A stretch of DNA of 64,000 bases, from assembly GCA_965235115.1 (NCBI GenBank), contig OZ249437.1, positions 15,438,001-15,502,000 of the forward strand, written 5' to 3'. The position numbers and the translations under genes are program-made. Shown in pieces: positions 11,499 to 24,557 of the stretch (positions are counted from its first letter, which is position 1; every line of letters begins with the position of its first letter). The notes below the pieces were generated by a model. The model had not been told where the DNA came from. It ran no database searches and was given only the letters and a program-made list of their open reading frames with translations. The DNA comes from Laetmonice hystrix. Its lineage: Eukaryota.

Positions 11499-13565
11499 TC
11501 GGCTCAGTCACAATCAGGGTACCCAGTGGTTTGCAAATTGGTCCAATTTTTTTTTTCCTCAAATAGGAGTAAGTCATACAATGATTTTTGCAGAAATGTG
11601 TCAGGATTCAAATATAACAAACCCTGTGAAGCATTCGCACTCTGTTTTCGAGATACCAGGTTTCGAATAACATGTGTCCCATGGGGGTACGGACAGGACA
11701 GGGCTGCCGACAAACCAAATTCAGATCGTCAAATGACCAAGAGGGCTCTTGAAACAGATGTCAAACCGTGTCCAATCTGATCTCAGACCTACCAATACCA
11801 TTTGGGCTTATGTTAAGAACAAATGGCAAGCCGAATTGGATGAACAACCAAACAATAAATTGTATCAGATCAGTCCCGTCGTGAACCAAAGGTATCATCA
11901 CGGCCATACCCAATGTAGACATGAAATTGTTTTTACTCGATGCAGGATTGGTCATTCTAGATTAATCCACGTGTTTTTATTGAAGGGGAGCCACCTCCAG
12001 AATGTTATGGCTGTCAGTGTCCTTTGACACTGAAGCATCTTTTACTTGAGTGTGGTGATTCTACTCTGATCAGACAACGGTTTTATAATGAGACAAGTCT
12101 TAAGGACCTTTTTAGCAATGTCAGACCAGTATGTGATTTTAGAGTTTTTGCCAGAGGCTGGACTTCTCACTCTTTTATAGTTCAGGCTCGTCGATAGCCC
12201 TGTTGGGCTGACAGGATTGAGTTTGTTTCAATTCCCGTTGTGGCCCGGGATAAAATGGGTTCCTTTCACTTTATGGTCTTTTAACCCTGTTTTCGCCATG
12301 AAGATGACCCCGGGTGCCGACACGGCGGAAAACCACCACTACTCACTCACTCACTCACTCACTCACTGCAATATATATGCAAACAGAAACTGATTATGTT
12401 CACACATCCTTCACTTTAAATAATGTCCTGTCCGTCCCCCCTTCATTATTTTCGGGTTACAGTGCTGCCTATTAAATTAAAGCAGAAATCAGATAGCTTT
12501 TAAATTTCTGATTGTTATACATATAATGTAGCAAGTATTGCAAATTAATGCAGTAATCACAATATTAGCACCAGATTTACTGAACTAAAATACATTTTTG
12601 AAGCATTTAAGTTTAGGTGGTGCATAACCCGTCAGTAAATTTCCCTTGTATTAAAACTTTGAGCGAAATATTGCATGAACTAAATGTATTATTGCCTTTA
12701 CAGTTTATCCAGTAGTAAATAATCAACATATTGTCATATTCACTTGATAAAACGTCATCAAATTAAAGCCTATAGCAAGGGGGTACGGACAGGACGACGG
12801 GGACGGACAGGACAAAATGCGAGTTGTGTCTTGTTTTTCAGGACGCAACAGTGTGAAACCTCTTATAAATATTGTATTTAAGGACGTTCAAAGAAGGGCT
12901 ACACATGCACAATATGGCACAAGTAGCTGCTTTTAGAGTAGCGAGATGCCCCATGGGGTACGGACAGGACACAAATTTCTGGAAATAACAGCATGCAAAA
13001 GGATTCATACCTATTTTCATATATGATAACACCCAAACTTTTTTCTCCATCCCAGTTCCAAATAAACATTATTAAGTTTAAACCAGTGGCATTAGTATGC
13101 ATTTATGTTGAAAATTACAGATATCAGGTAAGGTTTTGGTCATTGTAATAAAAATATCGCTATTTTGTAACGAACAACACATTATTGAAAACATTCTGGT
13201 ACTTTCCTCACAGAGGTCAGATTTCAACCAGAATACCTGCATGTAAAGAAAAAATGTTAACAAATTTATTATGCATATCTACATTAGTGTAATTGTAACA
13301 TTAAACTGACATTTACGTTATGCAAAACTACGTAATTCATAGGTGCAAACCCGTAACAACTAAAACCTGCCATTCTTCCACATGTAAAACCACTTTTAGA
13401 AACATGAACTTCAACATCGACCCAAAGAAGGTGCATGGATGTATGTGTGTTAACAAGACACTTCGCATAATAAACATAAACTGTGGCTATTTATTGGTAT
13501 AGGTGTGCAAAGGTTGCTGTAACATTACATAGTCCTAAAATGACACCTGATTGTGACTGAGCCGA
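11499..13565. mobile_element. Unclassified non-autonomous TIR element (~2.07 kb) with internal CCCATGGGGTACGGACAGGAC motifs
   Basis: Perfect 20-bp inverted repeat TCGGCTCAGTCACAATCAGG (11499-11518 and 13546-13565); the internal motif recurs near 11678, 12780 and 12951; no clear TSD. Confidence 0.7.
11745..12366 (+). mobile_element. 5'-truncated, frameshifted non-LTR retrotransposon 3' end (I-group-like ORF2 C-terminus) with (TCAC)n tail
   Basis: Translates to WAYVKNKWQ...NNKL...RCRIGHSRL, then in another frame EPPPECYGCQCPLTLKHLLLEC (CCHC zinc finger typical of RNase H-bearing LINEs). Ends in ACTCACTCACTC repeats; a matching tail fragment lies inverted near 14893-14925. Confidence 0.8.
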
Positions 13566-15011
13566 ACTGGAAGCGATTGCTGTGTCACACTGCGCATTGC
13601 TCGTGGCGCACCCTTTCTCCAAGGAGCGTTCGAAAGATCGCCACATCTAGCCTAAAGACTATAGATCTTGCCATCGTGAAAGGAAACCTCTGTGCACACA
13701 TAAACCGTGCCAATATCATTCCCATCTTAATGACACCTGTCCGAATCAGGCGGATTTAATATAAATGCAAAGGCTCCTGCTTTCTGCCAGATCATGGAAT
13801 AGGCCTACGTAGGGTTTCTGAATTCGGTAATTTCCTTCGTGCATCTATACGATAGGCAGCATAGGGGATTCCGCTCGCTTGTGAGCCGTCATGCAGGGGC
13901 TTAAGTTAAATCCTCATGACAAGGCGGACAACCCGACAGGTCGTTAAGTGGTCACTCCTTCTGTCACGTGTCACTGAGCGATATCCGGAGAATTTCACTA
14001 TCTATCTGTGGAGATCACGTGGAAATTACACGTCACAAGTCTGCGAGCTTCACAGTCCGTAGATGTATTACTATGACGCTTCCCGCCGGCCGGGATGACC
14101 TACATTTGGGAAGTTAATCCGATTTGGCCAGTAAAAGATGACGAACGAACTGTTGTTATTTCAAAGAGTATCTTTCAATCTTTCCATTAACCGACCCAAA
14201 AAGCTAAAATGATCAATTATGCTAAAAATAAGATTGATGCAGCAGATGAAGTCAGTGAGCCAGTAAGATTAAACTTTTCCGAGTTATGTCGTTCTCCTGT
14301 CAAACTCTAGGCCCATGTAAACACCATGGTATTTATTAACAGGAGGATAATTTTGGGGAGGAATGGCAGGTGACTGGTTTACAGATATGACCTGTCACTT
14401 TAAATATGGGTAAATCTATCTCCGATATCCCCCGAGTACGTGTCCGCCAATGAGAAATGAATCTTGAATGACAGAACATCGCTGGAAAACGAATGGTGCC
14501 GTCTATCAAAGGTAAAATATTGTTGGAAATAAGACAAAGTAGGCATTTATTTATGTACATGTATGTATTCATATTTATTCATGAGTTGAGCCAGTTGAAT
14601 CCAGTGCTTGTACGGGACGGATTAATTATCTTTTTTTAATAACAATATCTGTTTTAGTTCCTTGGTCAATAAAAAAGTTTTAATGACATTTCTATGTCCT
14701 TACAATATGGGCTGTAAGTCTCGTGTCCTAGATATGTAAATGACCATAAAATAGCCTCAACCCACCTCACTTTAGTGACATCATAATGTAAAGTCAAAAC
14801 TTTCCCAGGTTTAGCACAGGCTGAGTTTATACACTTTTTTTAAATGCCTTGCGGGAAATACGGAATTGAAAAAAAATACTGTAAAACTACAGAGTGAGTG
14901 AGTGAGTAATGGTGGTTTTACGCCGTGTTTAAAACTACAGAGAGATGGGGGTAAGGGTTGGGTCGGTACAAAATGGAGAGTGAGTTAAAAGCGACGAAAA
15001 GCTGTGAGTAA

Positions 15012-15214
15012 AGCCGGGTTTCCATGTGTACGTTTCCGTTATCCGTTTCCGATTCGATCGTTTATACCTGTTTCCTATCAGACTGATTTCCTATGGGAAC
15101 GTTTCCATGTGTAAGTTTTAGTCCGAGTGTAGGCCTACACCTGGCACGCTGGCAGGAAATAGGCATAAACAATCGAATCGGAAATAACAGAAACGTACAC
15201 ATGGAAACCCGGCT
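15012..15214. mobile_element. PIF/Harbinger-like palindromic MITE
   Basis: TIR AGCCGGGTTTCCATGTGTACGTTTC; TAA at 15009-15011 and 15215-15217. Confidence 0.8.
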
Positions 15215-16208
15215 TAATTAATTAACTTTAAAAATATGGAAACGGGCTTGAGTTGTGGAGGGTCTAATTCCTACCATTCGAAGACCTGTTGATCCATTAA
15301 GAGCCATAGTAAGCCGTATAGCTATTCGTAAGTTATCCGTACCTATACGGAGTAGACTCGGGAAGCTATCCGTAACAATCCTTCTCAACCTGTAACAGTG
15401 TCGTAGTAACCCCAACTGGAGCCGTGTCAACCCTTATCAACCCGTTCTGGATCACGTCCTTTCCTTTCCAGGTCACGGAAGCTGTCAGATCGCCTTGCGC
15501 TACGGATCATTTCAAACCGTCGCTTGATCCGGGAAAGTGTGACGGGGGCTTAACTCTAAGTCGCACATTCTGTGTTTTGGCTGCATCTTTCGGCGCATAG
15601 CTTTAAAAGTCATAGATAAATGTTACTTGTACAATGCATCTGTTCACCATCTCTATACCATGTGCATACCGTCAAAGGACCGCCGTTTATTCCGTGAACA
15701 ACGTTAACCATTGCAGCTTTCTTACATTCGAGTCGACATACGACTCGTACTGTAGAAAGGAGATCTATGCATAGATAGTTCCACTTTCCTGTAGCTTCCT
15801 GTCGCAGCTGAAGACGTGATCGTATAAGATCGAGATCCTAATCTGCTAAATCCCACTCGTCGGATGCTACCTCCTAGGTTTAATCTCCCTCTGGATTAGG
15901 ACATCAGTTTTCCGGATTATTCAGGCACTGTATACTGTCCGTCAATCATCGTTAAAGACGGGATATAGCCTAGGTTGCTCGCAAGCACGTCTGTATTCAA
16001 TGCGTGTTACGTGTTCGTTGTTCGTTGTTGATAGGAGATTAATAAAACTAATAAAGCCTAGTTGTCCTTAATGAAGGACAAAAGTTTTCTGGTTATGACC
16101 ATACTGTTACGTTAATTGGACCATGTGAATATGATAATTAAGTTTATAAACACAGTGGTCGAGAGGTTGGCTTTGATATCGCATAAAGCTGAAGTTAAAC
16201 GGGAGGCC

Positions 16209-17037
16209 TACTGCTTTAGATGGTTCTCAGAAACATGTCCACGTGATAAACGGTACTGCTTTAGATGGTTCTCAGCAACATGTCCACGTGATAAACGGTA
16301 CTTTAGATGGTTCTCAGAAATATGTTCCCATGATAAACGGTACTGCTTTAGATGGTTCTCAGCAACATGTCCACGTGATAAACGGTACTGCTTTAGATGG
16401 TTCTCAGAAACATGTTCCCATGATAAACGGTACTTTAGATGGTTCTCAGAAATATGTTCCCATGATAAACGGTACTGCTTTAGATGGTTCTCAGAAACAT
16501 GTCCACATGATAAACGGTACTTTAGATGGTTCTCAGAAACATGTTCCCATGATAAACGGTACTGCTTTAGATGGTTCTCAGAAACATGTCCACATGATAA
16601 ACGGTACTGCTTTACATGGTTCTCAGAAACATGTTCCCATGATAAACGGTACTTTAGATGGTTCTCAGAAACATGTTCCCATGATAAACGGTACTTTAGA
16701 TGGTTCTCAGAAACATGTCCACATGATAAACGGTACTGCTTTAGATGGTTCTCAGAAACATGTCCACATGATAAACAGTACTGCTGTAGATGGTTCTCAG
16801 AAACATGTTCCCATGATAAACGGTACTTTAGATGGTTCTCAGAAACATGTTCCCATGATAAACAGTACTTTAGATGGTTCTCAGAAACATGTTCCCATGA
16901 TAAACGGTACTTTAGGTGGTTCTCAGAAACATGTTCCCATGATAAACGGTACTACTATAGCTGGTTCTCAGAAACATGTCCACATGATAAACGGTGCTGC
17001 TGTAGATGCTTCTCAAAAACATGTCCCCACATGATAA
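16209..17037. repeat. Minisatellite, 42/45-bp unit (TTTAGATGGTTCTCAGAAACATGTTCCCATGATAAACGGTAC +/- TGC), about 19 copies
   Basis: Direct tandem repeats; both unit lengths are multiples of 3, which explains the two long overlapping ORFs. Confidence 0.95.
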
Positions 17038-17176
17038 ATATGATACATTATGATACATATGATAAATATGTTACATGATTGTTACATGTATTTATGCAAG
17101 ACGTTACTTTAAAGGTACAAGTTTTCTCCGTCCTAAAACCAGTGGTTTAAACACGGTGTCTGTGATGTGTTTGCAG

Positions 17177-17300
17177 GTACTACGCCATCCTTCACCCAAT
17201 GAGGGCCAAGTATGTATGTACGGTTCAGCGGGCTCGACGGCTGATAGCGGTTATCTGGGTGTCATCTTTCCTGCTCGCCGCCCCCATCATCTTCGGCCAG
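17177..17300 (+). CDS. Class A (rhodopsin-family) neuropeptide-type GPCR, internal exon: end of TM3 (R|YYAILHP), ICL2, TM4
   Basis: TTGCAG acceptor, CAG|GTGAGT donor; peptide YYAILHPMRAKYVCTVQRARRLIAVIWVSSFLLAAPIIFGQ, with the conserved TM4 W and P. Confidence 0.93.
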
Positions 17301-17889
17301 GTGAGTGATTGTATCCGTCCGCCATCACACGCACCGTCACTATGTCATAATTATCACCGTCTCATGGATACAATTATTTATAACATCTTAAATACAAAAT
17401 CTGCCACGTCACTGCGCATACTGTCCGCAAGACTGGTACACACCCTGGGTGGGTAGGCATACATGTATACCCAAGGCCGAATGGACACGAGACCGACAGG
17501 ACACATAGCCGACTGAAACCCCCCTGCCGACTTTATTCTAGAAGTAGATCTATCAACTAAAAACCTTAGCCCTAACCCTAACGGCCTCGGGGCTGGGAGG
17601 GAGGCCAGGAGGGAGGCCGGGAGGGAGGCCGGGAGGGAGGCCGGGAGGGAGGCCGGGAGGGAGAAGAGAAAGAAAGGAGAGAGCGAGAGGACACACACAC
17701 GCACCCCAACTAAGGCCACCTACACAATGAAAAGATGCAAGATGGAATTGTCGTCAAAGCACACATCCGTTCAGCGCAGGGTTGCCGACCAGTTTAAACT
17801 ATAAAAAGTCAGAATTCCAACCTCATGGATTATGGTCGTTTTTCCACTAATTAAACAAAGCTTTAATTTTCTCGAATCTCGTGATCACC

Positions 17890-18030
17890 GGGCCTCTCAC
17901 GTCTGGGTTCGAATCTCCCTCGAGTCGAGCCAGATGTGAGAAGAGTTCAGTTGCTTGCTATAGGGTCGGTGGTTTTCGCCGAACACTCCGGTTTCCCTAC
18001 CTGTCAAACTGACCGATTTTACCATTGAAA
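17890..18030 (+). mobile_element. tRNA-derived SINE fragment
   Basis: B-box-like GGTTCGAATC followed by the GGTTTTCGCCGAACACTCCGGTTTCC core seen in invertebrate SINEs. Confidence 0.5.
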
Positions 18031-18575
18031 TCTATAGATAGAGTGCAAGATATTTCATATACAATAGTATAGATTCCTACTGTCCGCATGGAACTAAGGC
18101 CGTTTGTGTCCGTCCTCAAATGCGTATATTGTGACGATAGTCCATTAATTCATCAAGGAAAATATCCTCGCCAAAGAAATCTATCCCAGCCAATAATGTA
18201 TGCGATTTCAGGACGCGACAAGTGTAATGGAAGAACTTTTTTATGTGTCAGATTTTTGAAACCCTCTGTTTGTACATGTGTTGACCAATGAAATCGGGCA
18301 TATACAATGTCTTCCGGTAAAACACGAAACGGCTCAGCAGGTAACCGGAACATGCTGGATCAGCCTGTGAGCAGGCCTGTATAGGAAGACACGCCGAGGA
18401 CCCTGGATCCGCAATAATTTCATCTCATTGGGTGAGAATGAAAGGAAAGTCGCGTTTACATTGGAGCGAAATCAAAGCTGGCGACTATATTTATCACGGA
18501 TAACTCACACAGCTGTACGATTTCTGTGGATTGAGCGAGGAGATAGGAGAACGGACGGAAGGCTTCTTAAGCTTA

Positions 18576-18786
18576 AGTGCTGAACCCACCAAGGCGATTC
18601 CCCTTGCGACGCCCATGCGATTTTAACATCACCCTTTTATTTTACTGTAATTTTGAGATTAAAGGATGGAACCCATTTCCTGAAACGGAGAAGGCCAGCC
18701 AGGAAAAATCTCAGAGTGAAATTCAACCATTAAATCAAAAACCGCATGGCCGTCGCAAGGGGAATCGCCTTGGTGGGTTTAGCACT
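18576..18786. mobile_element. PIF/Harbinger-like MITE
   Basis: 36-bp TIR AGTGCTGAACCCACCAAGGCGATTCCCCTTGCGACG (1 mismatch); TTA on both flanks. A diverged partial copy lies at 29712-29858. Confidence 0.8.
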
Positions 18787-19482
18787 TTAAACTTAACGTT
18801 TCTGACTAGCTGGGCTTCTTCAACCAACCAATCAGAAGCCTTAAGCTTTAAACTAATCAAGATCTTAAGGATGACGGTCTGCGAATGAACGCATCATGCC
18901 AACAGTTACGTATTGTGGCATAGGCGGATCGGGGGGGGGGGGGGAGGTCGAGACCTCCTTTGGCACCAATGTATTTTTTAAAGTTCTCATTTAACTTTCT
19001 GAATATTATTTTGAAACGAAAATGTGTCTGCTTGTTATTTCAATCTTCCTAAAAATAATAATGCAGAAATCAACTGGATATGCAAATTAAAACTAAAAAC
19101 TTGATTTAAATTAACTCTGGCGGATGGAAAGAGGCGGTTTAAAAAATCTGTTGATGGCCTAAGGCGAATTTTTCCACTAATAAGCAAACTTATTATTTCA
19201 AACGTTGACAAAAGGTGTTAAAAAGTGGGTTAAAATATGTGCCAGTGGGCTGTAGTTTTAGTCTTTAACCGGAAGGTCAGCACTCACTCGTAATTTAATT
19301 AATTAACGCCACAAATAACCGAAATAAATTAATTCATATCGTATGCGTACACTTTTTATCAAACATTGACGTTGATAAATCAGAAAAATATAGTCGAAAT
19401 GGCCAACAGTTAATAACAGGCGCTCGTATAGGGAAAAGAGAGAGAGTGGGGTCAAAAGGTGCACGCTGTGTTTAATACTCTA

Positions 19483-19629
19483 NNNNNNNNNNNNNNNNNN
19501 NNNNNNNNNNNNNNNNNNNNNNNNNNNNNNNNNNNNNNNNNNNNNNNNNNNNNNNNNNNNNNNNNNNNNNNNNNNNNNNNNNNNNNNNNNNNNNNNNNNN
19601 NNNNNNNNNNNNNNNNNNNNNNNNNNNNN
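19483..19629. other. Assembly gap (N run)
   Basis: Run of N. Further gaps at 19847-19977, 33060-33202, 34874-35058 and 62226-62355. Confidence 0.99.
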
Positions 19630-20047
19630 GACCGATCCAAGTTGTTTCAAATCTCACTGTTTTTACAGAAACCATTACAGCCTGAAGTGACCCTTCCCGC
19701 CATTAACGGCCAGTTTTCACCGCTTCGTTGAATATTTTGGGCAGGTGGCGGTAATTGCTCGAATTTAATACCTCAAATTCCGACTGATTCTTTCAAACGT
19801 TAAAGAGATTTCGCCTTCCCGGTTAAATTTATTAAAGAAAGTTTTCNNNNNNNNNNNNNNNNNNNNNNNNNNNNNNNNNNNNNNNNNNNNNNNNNNNNNN
19901 NNNNNNNNNNNNNNNNNNNNNNNNNNNNNNNNNNNNNNNNNNNNNNNNNNNNNNNNNNNNNNNNNNNNNNNNNNNNNTAATGAACACCACGGTGAACATG
20001 GACAAGGCAAGGCTGGAATCATCGTGAACTCCATTCGGGCCGTTTAA

Positions 20048-20387
20048 AGGTGCTATTCGTGAAAAAAAGTTCAATTTTTTTATTTTTTATTTTGTTGACA
20101 TTTATGTGATCCCACCTATCATGGAAATAGATTCACAACAAAGGAAATCAATTTTTTTCATGGATAACGGCACAAATGGGGCTCTCTCAAAAGGCCTGTG
20201 GAGACCCTGACACGCCCCACCATAGGAAATGGCTCTATCTCGGTGCGCACCGAGATAGGTTTCAAATGCTGCACACAAACTAATAGAAGGTTCATCAGGC
20301 CAATGGTATCGGTAGGAATTTTTTCTAGTACTATGTGCACAATGTTTGATAGGAGAAATGCCATTCTGTGCGAGACGAATAGCACCT
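20048..20387. mobile_element. Kolobok-like MITE
   Basis: Perfect 13-bp TIR AGGTGCTATTCGT; TTAA at 20044-20047 and 20388-20391. Confidence 0.8.
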
Positions 20388-20865
20388 TTAAAGGCCAGGG
20401 TTCGCACGGTCATCAGTCATTACTGAAAGCCTAAACCACTAACCTCTCTACGACTATCGACCTTAACCAGGTAGATTCTGCGCTGAGATGAAGGTGCAGC
20501 TTTCAATCAGTTGTTTTGACAGAGACAGGCTTCAGAATTTCCCCCGTGCCCTGATGTAGCAAGACGACGTCAATCACCAGATTATGTATCCTATCGTCTT
20601 GCCTGCATGTACAACTTGCACGGTAAAGACTGCCAGGAGAGGAAATTTGTCCTTATGAAAGTTGCGCTTCGCCCTACTTTTTATATCGTGTCAGGCTTAA
20701 TCAACTGTGAGGTGTTTCGTGTAGCAATAATTGACGTTATGAGAGAAAATTGGATGCAGCTATGACAGATTTTGCGGGAAGGGCGCTAGGATTACTGGGG
20801 TTGGTACCGGAATCGGTTTATCCTCTTGCGTTCGTCTAGTACCTTTTAATTTCCGTATGTTACAG

Positions 20866-21068
20866 AAACACAAGAAAGTGGGGTTGAGACGGACAGCCTA
20901 CTGGTGCATTAAGGAGTGGTCCCTACCCGTCTACACACACCTCTACGAGGTCGTTATGTTGCTCATCATACTTATTCTACCGCTTGTCATCATGAGCTTC
21001 GCTTACTGCAGCATCTGCAAGGAATTGTGGGTCATGACGTCACGACGCGCCGCTATGCGGGCAGAAAA
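20866..21068 (+). CDS. GPCR exon: ECL2 (YWC), TM5, start of ICL3
   Basis: TTACAG acceptor (phase 0, matches the previous exon), AA|GTAAGT donor (phase 2); KHKKVGLRRTAYWCIKEW...LILPLVIMSFAYCSICKELW. Confidence 0.93.
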
Positions 21069-24000
21069 GTAAGTAAAACTCAACCTATACGTAAACAACG
21101 TTATGACGTCACCATTGCAGCTCTACCTTTTAAAAATTACACGTCAACATCCCCGCAACCCTCTGGTCAGGTGTAGGCAAACTTGAGTCGTTCCTCTTTG
21201 TTCTAATATATGAAAGGGGCATAGAGGCCTAACATCTTTAAATAGAAATCCATAATTAGATGTCACAGAACGTCACAAGACTTATTGTGATATGGATATC
21301 TTTCACATCACTTTGTTTTTCAAGGTTTCTTACGTCAGGCCATTTTTAAACAGGGCGAGTCAACGAGTCATGGTTGCCAACAGCACGGGGTGAATACGAT
21401 GTTGACGTATAATACAGGGTATGTGATTATTAGTGATGAGAAAGGGCAATAGAGAGGAGGGGAAGGAAGGATGCCATGTCAGAAATCTGCATGGTTTTGT
21501 TGTTGTTGATTGGGGAGGAGTTTTATTATTATTATTATTATTATTTCAATACAACATTATACAGTGTTGACGGGGGATCAACACAATATTGGCTGTTCTT
21601 CCTCCATCGCGTACTCTGCCATTGGCCGTGTACAGGTAAATCCGTTGCATATAGTTTTCTCAAGACTGACACGTTCAAGTTTAAGTTCAAGTTGAAGAGT
21701 GCAGTGATTTTGATAGGGGGGGGGGCACCTAAAATGGTTTAGCCTCGCTATGCTCAGCATGAGTTTATTGTGATTCTACTGACTCTGAGGCCACCTTTGT
21801 CACATCTAGGCATTCGTTACTACTTGACTGGGGAGTAAACCTACCATTTTGGCCCCGTTGTTGTCTATTTCAATGCTGCATGTTCCAGAGTTATGTTGCT
21901 GCTGAACGACTGAGTAGGCCTAATAGTCGACTGCCCCCGCCCCCACCCCACCCCTAGATCCCCCAGTGAGAGTGGAAAAGGTGGGATGCAGGGATAAAGC
22001 GAGTGTGACCCCCGATTCCCGTCCCCCGCTGTTGGCAATCGGAAGACCTATACTCGTGCACTGGCTGAGCCGTGGGTCCGAACCGTAACTTTCTGGGTGA
22101 CGAAAAGTCAATGTTGCGTCTGTAACCTCAAAAAGCAAGGGCCAATTAGAACGCTGCTCTGATCGCGGAGTAGGTGTAACGGTCACGTGGCAGACTTGAC
22201 GCCTGTCGTAACGAGCAATGATTGGTGGAGCCCCGAGCCTGCTGGACGCGCGTCCCACGCCAGATGACGTACATTGGCAACAGAACGTGCTCCGCAGATT
22301 CTGTCACCTTCAGTTATCAAAGCGGACGTGGAAGTCACTTCAGTCCTGAGGGTTAAATCTAATCAGACTGGTGTGGATGGACACTGGGTGACGCCAGCAA
22401 TCTATGCCAGACCTTCTGGCATGGAGTGGCATCTATAATTACCAGGCAAGGCGATATAATACCGTGTTCGAACAGGGAGCCTGGTAGGCAAATACATTTT
22501 CTTGTGTTCGATAATATTATTAACTGCATCATTATTTCATATAGCGCTGCCAACTTACTGACCATACATTCTACCAACTGACCATACATACTCATTTATT
22601 GATACAATGTCGCGACGGTGAGTGAGTGAATTGGAGGTTTTACGCCATATTCAGGGAGATGGGAACCATTTAATTCAGTCAAGGAACCTATTTTACCTCA
22701 AGGTCCCAGGGGTGAGTGATGATGAGGATAAAATAAGAAAGAAACCTGCCACCGTGAGGCCATCCCTATATTCTTCTCGAAAAATGGCAGGGGTTCTTTT
22801 TAAGCCATTGATGACCCAGTTGCGGAGCACTGGGGAGGGCCAGTGAGAAAAATAGTATGAAGACACTGGTGAATCTATATTTTTTTGTATTTACGAAGAA
22901 CATCCTACTGGAAGGATGAAAATCCATCTGTACCACGCAGATAAGTTTGCACTCCGACACTCGACCACTTCTTCCCCACACAACCCTCGCCCCATTTGTC
23001 GCGTTTTACGAACAGCCAGGGGCTGAGCTGAGCATCATTCTTACCCCTGACCCCCAAGGGGGTGTAGCTACAGACAGTATGCCACAACTCTGTCACAGGG
23101 CCTTATATAAACTCGGAACATTTAGTTTTCTGCAGGGTTAGGATTACTTTCGAAGGTTCCTTCCAAGTATTTTTTATGGAGATTCGTGGGCCGTTGAGGC
23201 TCTTCCGTGTGGGTCGGGGATTCACATGTGAGACACATAAGCTTGTGACAACTTCATCTGACGAGATAATGCTCAGATCCCTCTCAAATTTGAACACCTG
23301 TCGAGTTATACTCGGGGCTAGGTCAAATTTGAATATAATTAAGATCTTGCAAGTATTTTTTATATAGTGGCAAGTTCTCCATTTAGACGGGCCAGACAGT
23401 ATCACGCAAACCTACCTGAACAATTAAACCGTTATTTCCTAACCGTACCCCCCCCCCCATAAAAAAGAGGCTACCTTCTGCTTAACTGAGCAATTTCTAG
23501 TTTTAATTACTGTTCCCATTTTTGGTGTACAACATCGAGAAAACATAAGTTGGACACGACTCCTGACCGCCGTTACACCCCGAATTGGAACCAAATCAAT
23601 GCAGGCAGCAGCCAACCAGATGGAAATTTCTTTAACCTTGTCAGTCTCTATGAATGTAATCAGGAAAGTAATTGTTTAAACGAGAGCCAACAACATCAAT
23701 ATCGCTATTAATTTTGAATCACTTTCTCGAAACCATTAAACCGAACTGTTCACTCAATTGAAGTGAGAAGGACGCTCGACATGAGATAAGGACGGAGAAA
23801 TGATGACGACTTTGGTCACTTAGTATTTAGAAAACATTCACTGCCGCCCTTCACAGGATGTCGTTAGGTGATTAAACACTCCGTTAGGGGGCGCGCAAGT
23901 TTCTACTTCCGGTAAGTCGATCTGAAATTTGTGAATTTAAAATTCGAATCGCCATGGTTTTTTTTCGTTTACATTGAAGGCATGAGCAATAATCGAATCG

Positions 24001-24410
24001 GTCTTCTACGATCGGTTCATTTAATTTGCTTCTTTTAAACTGGTTGCCAGATGAAGAGAAGGTATTTCCGAAATTCTCGGTAATGGATACCGCTAAAGAA
24101 ATGGCGCGTGCACTTGGTAGTTGTAATCTCTTTGCGAGAACGACAGAAATTATGTGGTGTTTTATTTATGACGACGGAATTGTTGGCATTAAAATAGATC
24201 GTTCTGTTCATACGTTGTTTGTCTGTCACTGGAAACATTCATAACATTTACCGCTTCTCACAGGTAATCACGAAACAACAGGCTCATCTTGGCCAACGTT
24301 TGAATCGTGGAGTGTTCAGACTTTCGGAACCATTACATTTACTGTTACTTTACCCCCCACCCTGCTCAGGTAAGGAGGAGGGTTTGATGGCCCAGTCAAG
24401 TATACATAGT

Positions 24411-24557
24411 GGGTGGGTATATTTGGGGTTTTACGCCTTGCAACAGCCAGGGTCATATCACGGCGGTGAAGATGATGATGAAAATCAGTTTTTCTTGGTG
24501 GAGGAAACCGTAGTACCCGGAGAAAACCACCGGTACCTGGAGAAAACCACCGGCCTT
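24411..24557 (-). mobile_element. SINE fragment
   Basis: GGAGGAAACCGTAGTACCCGGAGAAAACC is the reverse complement of the common SINE core; the GGTTTTACGCC end motif is shared with copies near 14915 and 22640. Confidence 0.5.

Noticed and set aside
17378-17719. 113-aa ORF with LPAS repeats
   Set aside because: Produced by a GGGAGGCC(GGGA) microrepeat; no protein features.
19452-20074. ORFs containing X runs (also 32951-33247, 34779-35105 and 62091-62366)
   Set aside because: Open only because they cross N gaps.
21565-21635. Possible extra GPCR exon (ATACAG acceptor, CAG|GTAAAT donor)
   Set aside because: 71 nt would shift the frame; the exons at 20866-21068 and 47885-48014 already join in phase and give the expected RKQ|VIKML. 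It could only be a poison exon, and I have no evidence for that.
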